DNA from: Bdellovibrionota bacterium
GTDB taxonomy: Bacteria; Bdellovibrionota_C; UBA2361
DNA length: 10,632 nt
NCBI GenBank assembly: GCA_044352465.1
Contig: JBILDU010000099.1
Span: forward strand, 1 to 10,632
Direction: 5' to 3'
The notes beneath the pieces were generated by a model. The model searched no databases. It was not told where the DNA came from and worked only from the letters and a program-made list of their open reading frames with translations. The position numbers were made by a program, and so were the translations under genes. This document shows, piece after piece, positions 1 to 7,057 of the stretch. How positions within the stretch are numbered: the stretch's first letter is position 1; the number at the start of each line of letters is the position of its first letter.

Positions 1-91
1 GGGGAGTTCCCGCTGCCGGAAACTCAAGCAGAATCGGCAACCACCAATCGCATCAATGAGATCCCTGGTTGCCATGCACCAGTATTGGGGC
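1..91 (-). ncRNA. Putative bridge/seek RNA fragment (target-binding loop) from the IS1111 right non-coding end
   Basis: ATACTGGTGCA (85-75) matches the element's left junction ATCCTGGTG|CA (776-766) at 10/11 positions. It is followed by an 8-bp stem (73-66/43-36), then GATTCTG (ending in the reverse complement of the CA core), and a second hairpin at 4-25. Confidence 0.55.
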
Positions 92-668
92 GTCATCGTA
101 GTAGCGGAGCTCCTCCTGTAATCCGAGGAGCACGTTCACCGTTAGCGTTGAGAGCTGCTCCTCCAGTCGCGGAAGGAGTTCAGGGAGCGCGCTTCGGAGC
201 TTTGTGACCCCTTCCAGGAATAACCACCCCGTACTCCGCTAAAAGCCCCCGGATCTGATTCACCACCGCGGTACGGTTCCCGATAAGCCGCTCCCGCACC
301 CGGTGAAGGTTCTGAATATCCTGCTGCGCTTCTGCCTTTACCGGTACAAAACGCATCCCGGGGCGAAGCGCCGCCTCCGCTATCGCCTCAGCGTCGTTGC
401 GGTCGTTCTTTTGCGACTTTAGATACGGTTTTACAAAAAATACCGGAATTAGAAGTACTTCGTGCCCCAACCCTTTGAGCGTACGACCCAAAAAATGAGC
501 CCCCGAGCCGACCTCCAGCGCTACCTTTGCACCGGGATAACCCGTCAAAACTCGGATAACTTGGCTCCGGTTCACTTTTCGCGCAAACGTTTTTCGTCCG
601 TCACGGGTCACCCCGCATACTTGAAAGTTGTGCTTGGATGTATCGACACCAATAAGGTACGTTTCCAT
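53..668 (-). pseudogene. IS110-family (IS1111-group) transposase, frameshifted and C-terminally truncated
   Basis: ATG at 668 follows AGGAGG (675-680). DEDD/RuvC-like motifs IGVDTSK, ALEVG, KNDRNDAEAIAEA, MRFVPVK and RTAVVNQIRGLLAEYG are present. The frame stops at 180, but skipping one G at 214/215 continues an IS110-like helix (PEGVTKLRSALPELLPRLEEQLS...LQEELRYYDD). Similarity ends near 92, with a stop at 55-53; there is no C-terminal Tnp (serine) domain. Confidence 0.9.
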
Positions 669-761
669 TCGGTCCCTCCTCTCTTTTTTCAGTTTGTCAC
701 TGCTAACTACAGACAAACTTTGGCACTTCGATGCCGTTATAAAAAGGAGGACGGGACCATT

Positions 762-1109
762 CTATTGCACCAGGATGAGAGCCCCGGCTTCATTAGAGCT
801 CCCCATTTCTTTTTTTTCTGCGACTAGCTCCTCAACGAGCTTAGACATCACGGAGTCTTTGCGCTTGAGCTTCGCCTCAAGCGCATCCACCTTCACTCGG
901 AGCTGCTTCGACTCCTGCTGCTCGTCAGACTCGAATGCTCTCACCCCGTTCTCGAAGAATCGACGCTGCCACTCGTAGAACACGGTCGGATGGAGCTTCA
1001 TCTCATCACAGATCGCCGAGATATCCTCCCGCTCAATCAGGTGCCGCTTCAAGAGCGCCACCTTCTCCGCCGCCGTGTAACGCTGCCGCTTCTTTCGACC
1101 TCTGCTCAT
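762..1109 (-). pseudogene. IS3-family transposase OrfA (HTH); orfB absent from the window
   Basis: ATG at 1109 follows AGGAGG. RQRYTAAEKVALLKRHL...ISAICDEMKLHPTVFYEWQRRFFENG resembles an OrfA HTH, followed by a coiled coil. It ends at an A8G slippery run (817-809). Confidence 0.85.
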
Positions 1110-1189
1110 CGCTATCCTCCTGTTAAAAAACACGAGAATAGTAAGTTACCTCAACAGGTCAGATGTTCGTTTTCCGGGGAAGCGGTACA
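768..1189 (-). mobile_element. IS3-family element, left part (IRL + orfA + frameshift window)
   Basis: Candidate 5'-TG terminus TGTACCGCTTCCCCGGAAAACGAACA starts at 1189, 80 bp upstream of orfA. The element is interrupted at 767/768 by the IS1111 left end. Confidence 0.7.
777..817 (-). promoter_or_regulatory. Programmed -1 frameshift signal of the IS3 element (A AAA AAG plus downstream stem-loop)
   Basis: The - strand reads AAAAAAAAG-AAATG-GGGAGCTC-TAATGAAGCCG-GGGCTCTC: an 8-bp stem with 2 G-U pairs, 5 nt after the slippery site. Confidence 0.6.
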
Positions 1190-1530
1190 GAGGCTTTAAA
1201 GCCCCCGATTTTTTAGTAGTCATGTTTATTCACCGCCCCTATTCTCACCCACTGAGAGCCACGGGAAACCGTGATGGTGTATATCGCTCTGTAACTTCTT
1301 CTCAGATGAATAGATCGCTGGCCCCTATGAACCGTTAGGCCACCGCGATATGCACAGGCACTCGTCGCAGCTTCTCACGAGCCCCTTTTGAGAGCTCAAC
1401 GTTGCACCACCTCACTCACTCCATTACTGGACACCCATGAGGTGTACATATCAAGTTCACACCTCCCCCTCCCCAAACGAAGAACGAAACGGCGAAACGG
1501 CCATCTCGCAGCCTTATCCGTTTGAAGCGT

Positions 1531-2355
1531 CTAGAAACCCTCGCCGTAGCGCGCGGCCGAAACCGCCCCCTTCGAGGCGTCCCCAAGCAACTTCACCACC
1601 ACCTCAGCAACCCCCGTCGCCGACGCGGGATTCTGGCCCGTCACGAGCCGTTCACTAACCGCCACCATCTTCTCAAAATTCGGTGCCTCAACGAACCTAG
1701 CCCCCCGCGCGCGGAGCGCCGCTTCGAGCGCGAACGGCACCACCCGCTCGAGCTTCACGGAGATCTCCTCCTCATCGGTAAACGCCGAGACCTCCTTCCC
1801 CGCGACCAAGTACTCCCCGTTCGAAAGTCTCACGTTCACAAGAGCCGCCGGCCCGTGACACACCGCCGCCACCACACCGCCCCGCTCGTACACCGCACGG
1901 ACTATCTTCTGTACCCCCGGATCATCGGGAAGATCCCACATCGTACCGTGCCCGCCAGCAAAGAAGATCGCATCATACTGGGCGGGATCGACCGCCTGGA
2001 GCGCCGCCGTCGTTCGGGTAAGCTCAACAAGCGCCGGGTCATCCAGGAACGCTGCGTTCATCGGATCGCTCCGGTCAACCCCGTCCATCGGCGCCACCCC
2101 GCCCCGCGGAGACAAGAAATCGATAGAGTACCCAGCAGCTCTAAACACCTCGTACGGATGGGTCACCTCAGAGAGAAAAAACCCGGTCGACCGCCCGGTA
2201 TCACCAAGCTGCCCGTGGTTCGTAAGGACAATCGCAACCCGCTTCGGCTCCCCTGCCGAACCGGGCCCCATCCTAGACCCCACACACCCTACGAGCGCCA
2301 TACAGAGACCACAAATGAGCGCCGCCCAAAAAACACCCCGATTACCACTGCTCAT
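1531..2355 (-). CDS. DJ-1/PfpI (type 1 glutamine amidotransferase-like, Hsp31/glyoxalase III-like) protein with lipoprotein signal peptide
   Basis: Motifs TGFFLSEVTHPY, YDAIFFAGGHGTMWDL, AVCHGPAAL (nucleophile Cys-His) and LVTGQNPASA. The N-terminal hydrophobic stretch ends in lipobox-like LVGC. Confidence 0.93.
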   Translation of the reverse strand: MSSGNRGVFWAALICGLCMALVGCVGSRMGPGSAGEPKRVAIVLTNHGQLGDTGRSTGFFLSEVTHPYEVFRAAGYSIDFLSPRGGVAPMDGVDRSDPMNAAFLDDPALVELTRTTAALQAVDPAQYDAIFFAGGHGTMWDLPDDPGVQKIVRAVYERGGVVAAVCHGPAALVNVRLSNGEYLVAGKEVSAFTDEEEISVKLERVVPFALEAALRARGARFVEAPNFEKMVAVSERLVTGQNPASATGVAEVVVKLLGDASKGAVSAARYGEGF

Positions 2356-2684
2356 AGTATGCGCCCCCTACGCCCTGCACATTTCAAACTGCACCTTTTT
2401 CACTGCATCTCTGCCACTATGTAGATCGCTGTCGCACCAAGAGCGTATGCCCGAGATTCGACCGAATCAAGGTCGTAATCATCTCCATCGCATGAAGCCC
2501 CCTACCCGTTTGGTGCGTGGCACCCCGAACGCCATCATCCAAAAGCTTTTTTTCATCGCGCACCTCGGCACGAGCCTAAATCCCGACGCCGTCGTTGCCT
2601 ATACCCGACACTCACACCGACGAAAACCACAGTAACGGAGAAAACCATTGTCGACCTAAACGTCAAGATGATAACCTTAGGTTT

Positions 2685-3317
2685 GTGAAACGCTTCATTC
2701 CGGCCCTTGCGATCTCTATCGCCACGAGCTTTCTCCCCCAGCCGTTCGTTGGCGTTAAAACCGCCGCGGCAGCCCCGTACACATTCACTGAGAGCGATTA
2801 CCTCGAATACGGCATCTACTTCTCTGAAGGTCGTGGAGCCCCCGCCTCAAAGTTACTCACCCTTCGTTACGGCGATATCGACACCTACTACGCCGAAAAA
2901 CTCCCGTGGGTAAAAACCGTACCAACCGCGCGGCAAGAGCTCCGCTTAACAACGAGGCGCGGATCTATCAGAGTACTTAGAAACGACAACACCGGAGTCA
3001 CCGTCACCCGCGACACCTACAACGAGAAAAAGAGAACCGGCACCAAGCGACTTGAAATCCGCTTCGACAACGGACGGTGTACCGACAAGGCCGGAGTACG
3101 GTCGCCCTGCTCAGTGGAACTCTCCCTTCGAACGAACGAGCCCGATAGAGCTGTTATTCGTCAACGCCGCATCCTCCGCATCACCACCTCAAGCGGCCTC
3201 CGCTTTACCTATCGATCCCTCCGCTCAGACGGGAGCAAACCGCTCAGCCCAGCGCTTCGCCTCGCCCCGGCGATTAATAATTACGCTTGGGAGTGGCGCC
3301 CACTGGTTGCGAAATGA
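2685..3317 (+). CDS. Hypothetical secreted, Arg/Lys/Thr-rich protein (~210 aa)
   Basis: The in-frame GTG at 2685 gives a signal-peptide-like N-terminus (MKRFIPALAISIATSFLPQPFVGVKTAAA|APY). The ORF is long with natural-looking composition and has a hairpin at its stop. Confidence 0.7.
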   Translation: MKRFIPALAISIATSFLPQPFVGVKTAAAAPYTFTESDYLEYGIYFSEGRGAPASKLLTLRYGDIDTYYAEKLPWVKTVPTARQELRLTTRRGSIRVLRNDNTGVTVTRDTYNEKKRTGTKRLEIRFDNGRCTDKAGVRSPCSVELSLRTNEPDRAVIRQRRILRITTSSGLRFTYRSLRSDGSKPLSPALRLAPAINNYAWEWRPLVAK

Positions 3318-3339
3318 TCGTAACTTCGGCGATCGTTTC
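3311..3339 (+). terminator. Stem-loop overlapping the stop codon, possible terminator
   Basis: GAAATGATCGT-AACTTCG-GCGATCGTTTC forms an 11-bp stem with G-U pairs; there is no clear U-tract. Confidence 0.35.
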
Positions 3340-3391
3340 CGATTACGGCGATTTTAACGAGCGGGCCTAGGGAGCATCGCACCCCTCTCTC

Positions 3392-3594
3392 TGGTACGCC
3401 CCAACTCCTCAATCACGATGTCTCCATTGGCGACAGAAGCCCTAACATGTGGATTACTCCTGAATAATTCCGCCGCTATTGTTTAATGGGTTTATATATA
3501 AAACGGGAATCGAATCGGTGTCCGAGGATGACTCTGGCCCCCAAAAACCTCCCCACGCGCACCGAAAATGGACGCGTAAAGTTGGGGCGTACCA
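3392..3594. repeat. Perfect 15-bp inverted repeat pair bounding a 203-bp segment
   Basis: TGGTACGCCCCAACT (3392-3406) and AGTTGGGGCGTACCA (3580-3594) are exact reverse complements. Confidence 0.85.
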
Positions 3595-3916
3595 ACCAAC
3601 CCCGGCCAGCGGCAGACGATAACTATCACCGCAAGCGGGGAACGGTTCATCACCTTGAGAGAGGCGCGTAGCGGCTTTCGCTGCGGGTTCTCTGCCACCA
3701 AATCAGGTTGGTCACCGATACAAACAAATTTGACACTGCGTTAACACCCCATCTCACGGGGCTTCAGTCGGTCTCGGGCCCAAAAAAGTTCCGTGGTCCA
3801 TCTCCTTTCGCCGGTGCGAGGTGAAGTGGCGCATCAACGCGCCAATCAGGGACACGCTCAATCCGCTGAAGAGAGCGCCACAAAAACGGGATCCTCGGTA
3901 GGCCATGGATTGCTGG

Positions 3917-4624
3917 CTACAGCGGATCGTACCGGCAATCAACGACAAGCTCTCGCACCGTCGCCCCCCGACCGAGACTCAGGAGATAGCGCACCGTCTT
4001 CACGATATCGTCGGTTTGGATTCGATCTGCCGCCGCAACATGGGAGTGTCGGGCCATCTGGGTATCGACCCAACTTGGACAGATCGCGGTCACTGAGATT
4101 CCGAGCGGCAGGAGCTCCCGATAGAGACAATCTGAGAGACCTGAAAGGGCAAACTTCGAGGCGGTGTAGCCACCGACGCCGGCGAAGCCGTGTTTACCGC
4201 AGACGGACGAGAGATTGAACAGATATCCGCTACCTTGTTGGCGGAACACCGGGACGACCGCTTTCGCGAAGGAGAAGGCGCCGGTAACGTTGACCGCAAG
4301 CATTCTTTCGAATTCCTCGACCGAAAGATCAAGCGAGCCCTGGGTATTCATTCCAGCGTTATTGAAGAGGATATCGAGACTTCCCCACGCACCGACAAGC
4401 TCCTCCACCACCCGGGGGGCAAGGGTCGCCTCCGCCACATCGCCCACGAAAACTCGCACCCGTGCTGGGTCGAGCTCACCCGAGATCTCTCGCGCCACCT
4501 CCTCTAACTCACCCGCCGACCGAGCGACGAGACCGACTCGATACCCGTCGGTAGCGAGGGCAACCGCCACCGCGCGCCCGATTCCCCGTCCAGCTCCCGT
4601 CACGAGGGCCACTTTATCCGGCAT
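3917..4624 (-). CDS. Classical SDR oxidoreductase, NADP(H)-type; candidate sepiapterin/pterin reductase
   Basis: TGAGRGIG, NNAG, catalytic S (NLSS) and YTASK. Arg in the Gly motif and after beta2 (VARS) suggests NADP(H). Its RBS AGGAGG overlaps the folE2 stop codon. Confidence 0.92.
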   Translation of the reverse strand: MPDKVALVTGAGRGIGRAVAVALATDGYRVGLVARSAGELEEVAREISGELDPARVRVFVGDVAEATLAPRVVEELVGAWGSLDILFNNAGMNTQGSLDLSVEEFERMLAVNVTGAFSFAKAVVPVFRQQGSGYLFNLSSVCGKHGFAGVGGYTASKFALSGLSDCLYRELLPLGISVTAICPSWVDTQMARHSHVAAADRIQTDDIVKTVRYLLSLGRGATVRELVVDCRYDPL

Positions 4625-4632
4625 AGAGCCTC

Positions 4633-5643
4633 CTAACAGATAAGGGCGTTGAAATCGGTGAAATCGGCGCTGAATCCTCCGGGCACCCCTTTGCAGATTA
4701 CCGCTACTGCATCGTGAGAATGCAGCGACTCAAGGTGTGAGCACGCAACTTCAAAATCACGAATCCGCTTATCACGATCGAGCACCCCGAAGAGGAGCCG
4801 GCTCGCGTCTTCAACAAATTTAATGTAAGCCCCATTCATCTCGGCGAAAGCCTGCTCATCATCGCGCTTCACCATCACCTGAGTTTCGGTCTTGAGCGCT
4901 TCGAGACAAAGCTCTTGAAGATCTTCGACCCACAATTTCTTCCCCGGTGCCACCTCTATTCGAATTCGCGCCTTGCTCCGCTGCGAATGCGGTATACCGT
5001 ATCGTCCCCGGGTATCGCGCGCATGCTCGGTCAGCTCGGCCGAGCACGGACACGCCGAAGAGTAAACGAAATCGAAGGTAAGGTAGCGACGCACCCGATT
5101 GGTACGATCGATCGTGGCTTCGTATACCGAGCGATAAAACTGATACCCTTTCAAATTACTGCGGAGGCTCGTCTGAAGGATGGGATACGAAAATTGCACC
5201 TTGAGCCGGGCATCGAGGCTACCCACCTTCTTTCGGTAGGTCTCGAGAATCGTTGTCAACGTATCGAGCGAAAACGTTTCTTCCCGATGGTCATAAAAGC
5301 TCCGCACGATGCGGGACATGTTGATCCCTTTGATATTTGCTTGCAGCGACACCGACCCGGTGACCGCGGCTTCAAGCAGCCACGCCCGCCCGTGTCGCCG
5401 CGCGAAGGAGAGTGGAACCTTAAAATTCGAAACACCCACCTGGTGAATCGGCACGTTAGCTCCCTGAATGGCACGCTCAGCGAGCATCATGTCAGGCAGA
5501 GATGCGTAATACTCTTTGGAGGGGCGGAAACTCGCATCAAAGGTGCGGTCGAGCTTCGGTTTCTCACCTTTGTTGTGATGGTGAAGATAAAGCTCCGGGT
5601 CGCGCGTTGTTTTCTTCTTCCTGGAGTTCTTCTTTGCTACCAT
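4633..5643 (-). CDS. folE2: GTP cyclohydrolase IB (FolE2)
   Basis: Motifs [44 protein letters not shown] and [15 protein letters not shown] at 5643 follows GAGGG; TTG at 5649 is an alternative start. Confidence 0.95.
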   Translation of the reverse strand: MVAKKNSRKKKTTRDPELYLHHHNKGEKPKLDRTFDASFRPSKEYYASLPDMMLAERAIQGANVPIHQVGVSNFKVPLSFARRHGRAWLLEAAVTGSVSLQANIKGINMSRIVRSFYDHREETFSLDTLTTILETYRKKVGSLDARLKVQFSYPILQTSLRSNLKGYQFYRSVYEATIDRTNRVRRYLTFDFVYSSACPCSAELTEHARDTRGRYGIPHSQRSKARIRIEVAPGKKLWVEDLQELCLEALKTETQVMVKRDDEQAFAEMNGAYIKFVEDASRLLFGVLDRDKRIRDFEVACSHLESLHSHDAVAVICKGVPGGFSADFTDFNALIC

Positions 5644-5761
5644 ACCCAACCCTCTTCATTCTCGCTGTATACTGGCTGAAAGCCCCACCCTCCACAACAA
5701 CGCGACCGGAGCATGGGGTATTGAGGGAAATTCTCCCCCGTTTGCGGCTGACTTAGTCGGG

Positions 5762-6172
5762 CTACCGCGGCCCCCGATATTCGACCCAGTTCCGTTCGGT
5801 TTCGAAGAGCTTCACCGCGACCAGTTTTCCGCGGGGGATCTTGGCTTCAAGTCGGCGCCAAAAGATCATCGCGAGATTCTCAGTTGAGGGGATAACGCCG
5901 CTCAGAAAGGGGACATCAAGATTTAGATTTTTGTGATCGCAGTGCACCACGATCTCTTCCTCTAAGATCTTTTTCAAAACGCCGAGGTCGATCACGTAGC
6001 CGGTCTCAGGATCGATGTCCCCACCCACCGTCACCTCGATTCGATAGTTGTGGCCGTGCCAATTCGGCGAATTGCACAAACCATACGTCTGCCGATTCCA
6101 CTCATCCGACTTGGTTGGGTTATGGAGCCGATGAGCGGCGTTGAAATGAATCTCGCGGGTAACCAGCATCAT
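5762..6172 (-). CDS. 6-pyruvoyl-tetrahydropterin synthase/QueD family (COG0720) protein with PTPS-II-type CX5HGH motif
   Basis: Motifs FNAAHRL, CNSPNWHGHNY, GYVIDL, DHKNLN, PSTENLA and ETERNWVEY. The likely start is ATG 6172 after GAGGT (the ORF track starts at 6202). Confidence 0.93.
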   Translation of the reverse strand: MMLVTREIHFNAAHRLHNPTKSDEWNRQTYGLCNSPNWHGHNYRIEVTVGGDIDPETGYVIDLGVLKKILEEEIVVHCDHKNLNLDVPFLSGVIPSTENLAMIFWRRLEAKIPRGKLVAVKLFETERNWVEYRGPR

Positions 6173-6265
6173 GATGCAACCTCGGGCTAGGTGAATCTCC
6201 ATAGGAGGATAGCACGAGCGCCTTGAATTTGGTACGCGATTCGGCCCAGAGAGGAGAAGGCCCCC

Positions 6266-7057
6266 TTAATGCCCCGCGGCGAGACGGGAAGGCGGGCTCA
6301 CGAGGCCGAGAAACGAGTTCAACTCGTCGAGGATGCCGGTCAGAGTCGGGGACCATGTAGCGGGATCGGCACGCATATCAACGAGGCCTTCAAGGAGAAG
6401 CTCACAAGCAAACGGCGTCGCGCGGTCCGGGTGAGTCACCATAACTGCTCGGCGCGAGACGTCCCACGCACATACCGCGACGGTGCGCCCTGCCGACCCT
6501 CCGGCCGCCACAACAGCGCGGGAGATGAAATCGGTGGTACCGGCCACGATGGTGAGGTCGGGTTGAAACTGGAGCTGGAAGCGCCGCGCGGCGAGAAATG
6601 CTCGCGCCGCTGACAACATAAATCGCCGCAGCACCTGCTCATGTTGCGGGTTGTTTAGATCTGGTCGGCCGACGTTGAAACGATTCTGCCACGAGCCAAG
6701 TGCGAGGTTGAAAAGATTCTGCCCTTCGAATTGGGCCCACGGCAATTCATCCACGGCAAGGTTGGTAACGACTCGACGCGAGAGCTCGACATCTGCCGGC
6801 TCAAGGTGACGGGATAACTCCTCAATCGTTAAACCACCCCACTGCGCGAACTCGCGCTGCTCTGCCATACAACGGAAACAGGTCTGGAAGCTGCGCGACC
6901 ACCCACCCTCTGCATCTCGATCGCAGAGCGAAAAGAGGCCGTTACAACGGAGCTGAACCACATCGGGGAAGGAACGACGCAGATAATTTCCTAACAGGAA
7001 AATCAATCCGCTTTCCTGGCTGAGCACCCCAAACGGCGAAAAGAGTCCAACCCTCAT
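6266..7057 (-). CDS. Hypothetical protein with C-x6-C-x14-C-x2-C motif; resembles the N-terminal Rossmann half of GT-B/capsule-synthesis proteins
   Basis: Starts MRVGLFSP (beta1-like) and has an internal FQPDLTIVAG motif. Cys38/45/60/63. ATGA overlap with the upstream gene. Confidence 0.75.
   Translation of the reverse strand: MRVGLFSPFGVLSQESGLIFLLGNYLRRSFPDVVQLRCNGLFSLCDRDAEGGWSRSFQTCFRCMAEQREFAQWGGLTIEELSRHLEPADVELSRRVVTNLAVDELPWAQFEGQNLFNLALGSWQNRFNVGRPDLNNPQHEQVLRRFMLSAARAFLAARRFQLQFQPDLTIVAGTTDFISRAVVAAGGSAGRTVAVCAWDVSRRAVMVTHPDRATPFACELLLEGLVDMRADPATWSPTLTGILDELNSFLGLVSPPSRLAAGH

Larger units (their letters stand above)
1..767 (-). mobile_element. IS1111-group element, left end at 767, internally deleted; right end probably just outside the window
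   Basis: The - strand begins CAATAGA then ATGGTCCCGTCCTCC, a subterminal IR 7 nt from the end as in IS1111-type left ends. It is followed by a GGCATCGAAGTGCC hairpin and an inverted partial IR copy (GGAGGGACC) just before the tnp ATG. Confidence 0.75.

Noticed and set aside
1243..1273. Two small hairpins including CACGG-GAAA-CCGTG (GNRA loop), considered as a c-di-GMP-I riboswitch or hammerhead
   Set aside because: Lacks the GGCAAAC/GACGCAAAGC context and the CUGANGA core, and no downstream gene is in a suitable position.
1439..1465. Hairpin GAGGTGT...ACACCTC downstream of the DJ-1 gene
   Set aside because: No U-tract on either strand, so it cannot be supported as a terminator.
1522..2424. 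300-aa + strand ORF
   Set aside because: Arg/His/Pro-rich antisense shadow of the DJ-1/PfpI gene.
3580..3594. GGGCGTACCA resembling a tRNA 3' end or att site
   Set aside because: No T-arm (GTTCRA) or cloverleaf upstream and no integrase in the window.
3486..3701. Short ORFs (61 aa +, 69 aa -) in the intergenic gap
   Set aside because: No RBS or recognisable motif, and they overlap each other and the inverted repeat.
3770..3845. - strand GGCGC/GCGCC hairpin plus AAGGAGATGGACC, resembling a second decayed IS1111 left end
   Set aside because: No matching subterminal IR upstream and no transposase-like reading frame follows.
4915..5679. 254-aa + strand ORF and other short overlapping ORFs across 3793-9512
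   Set aside because: They lie antisense or out of frame to well-supported genes and show no motifs or RBS.
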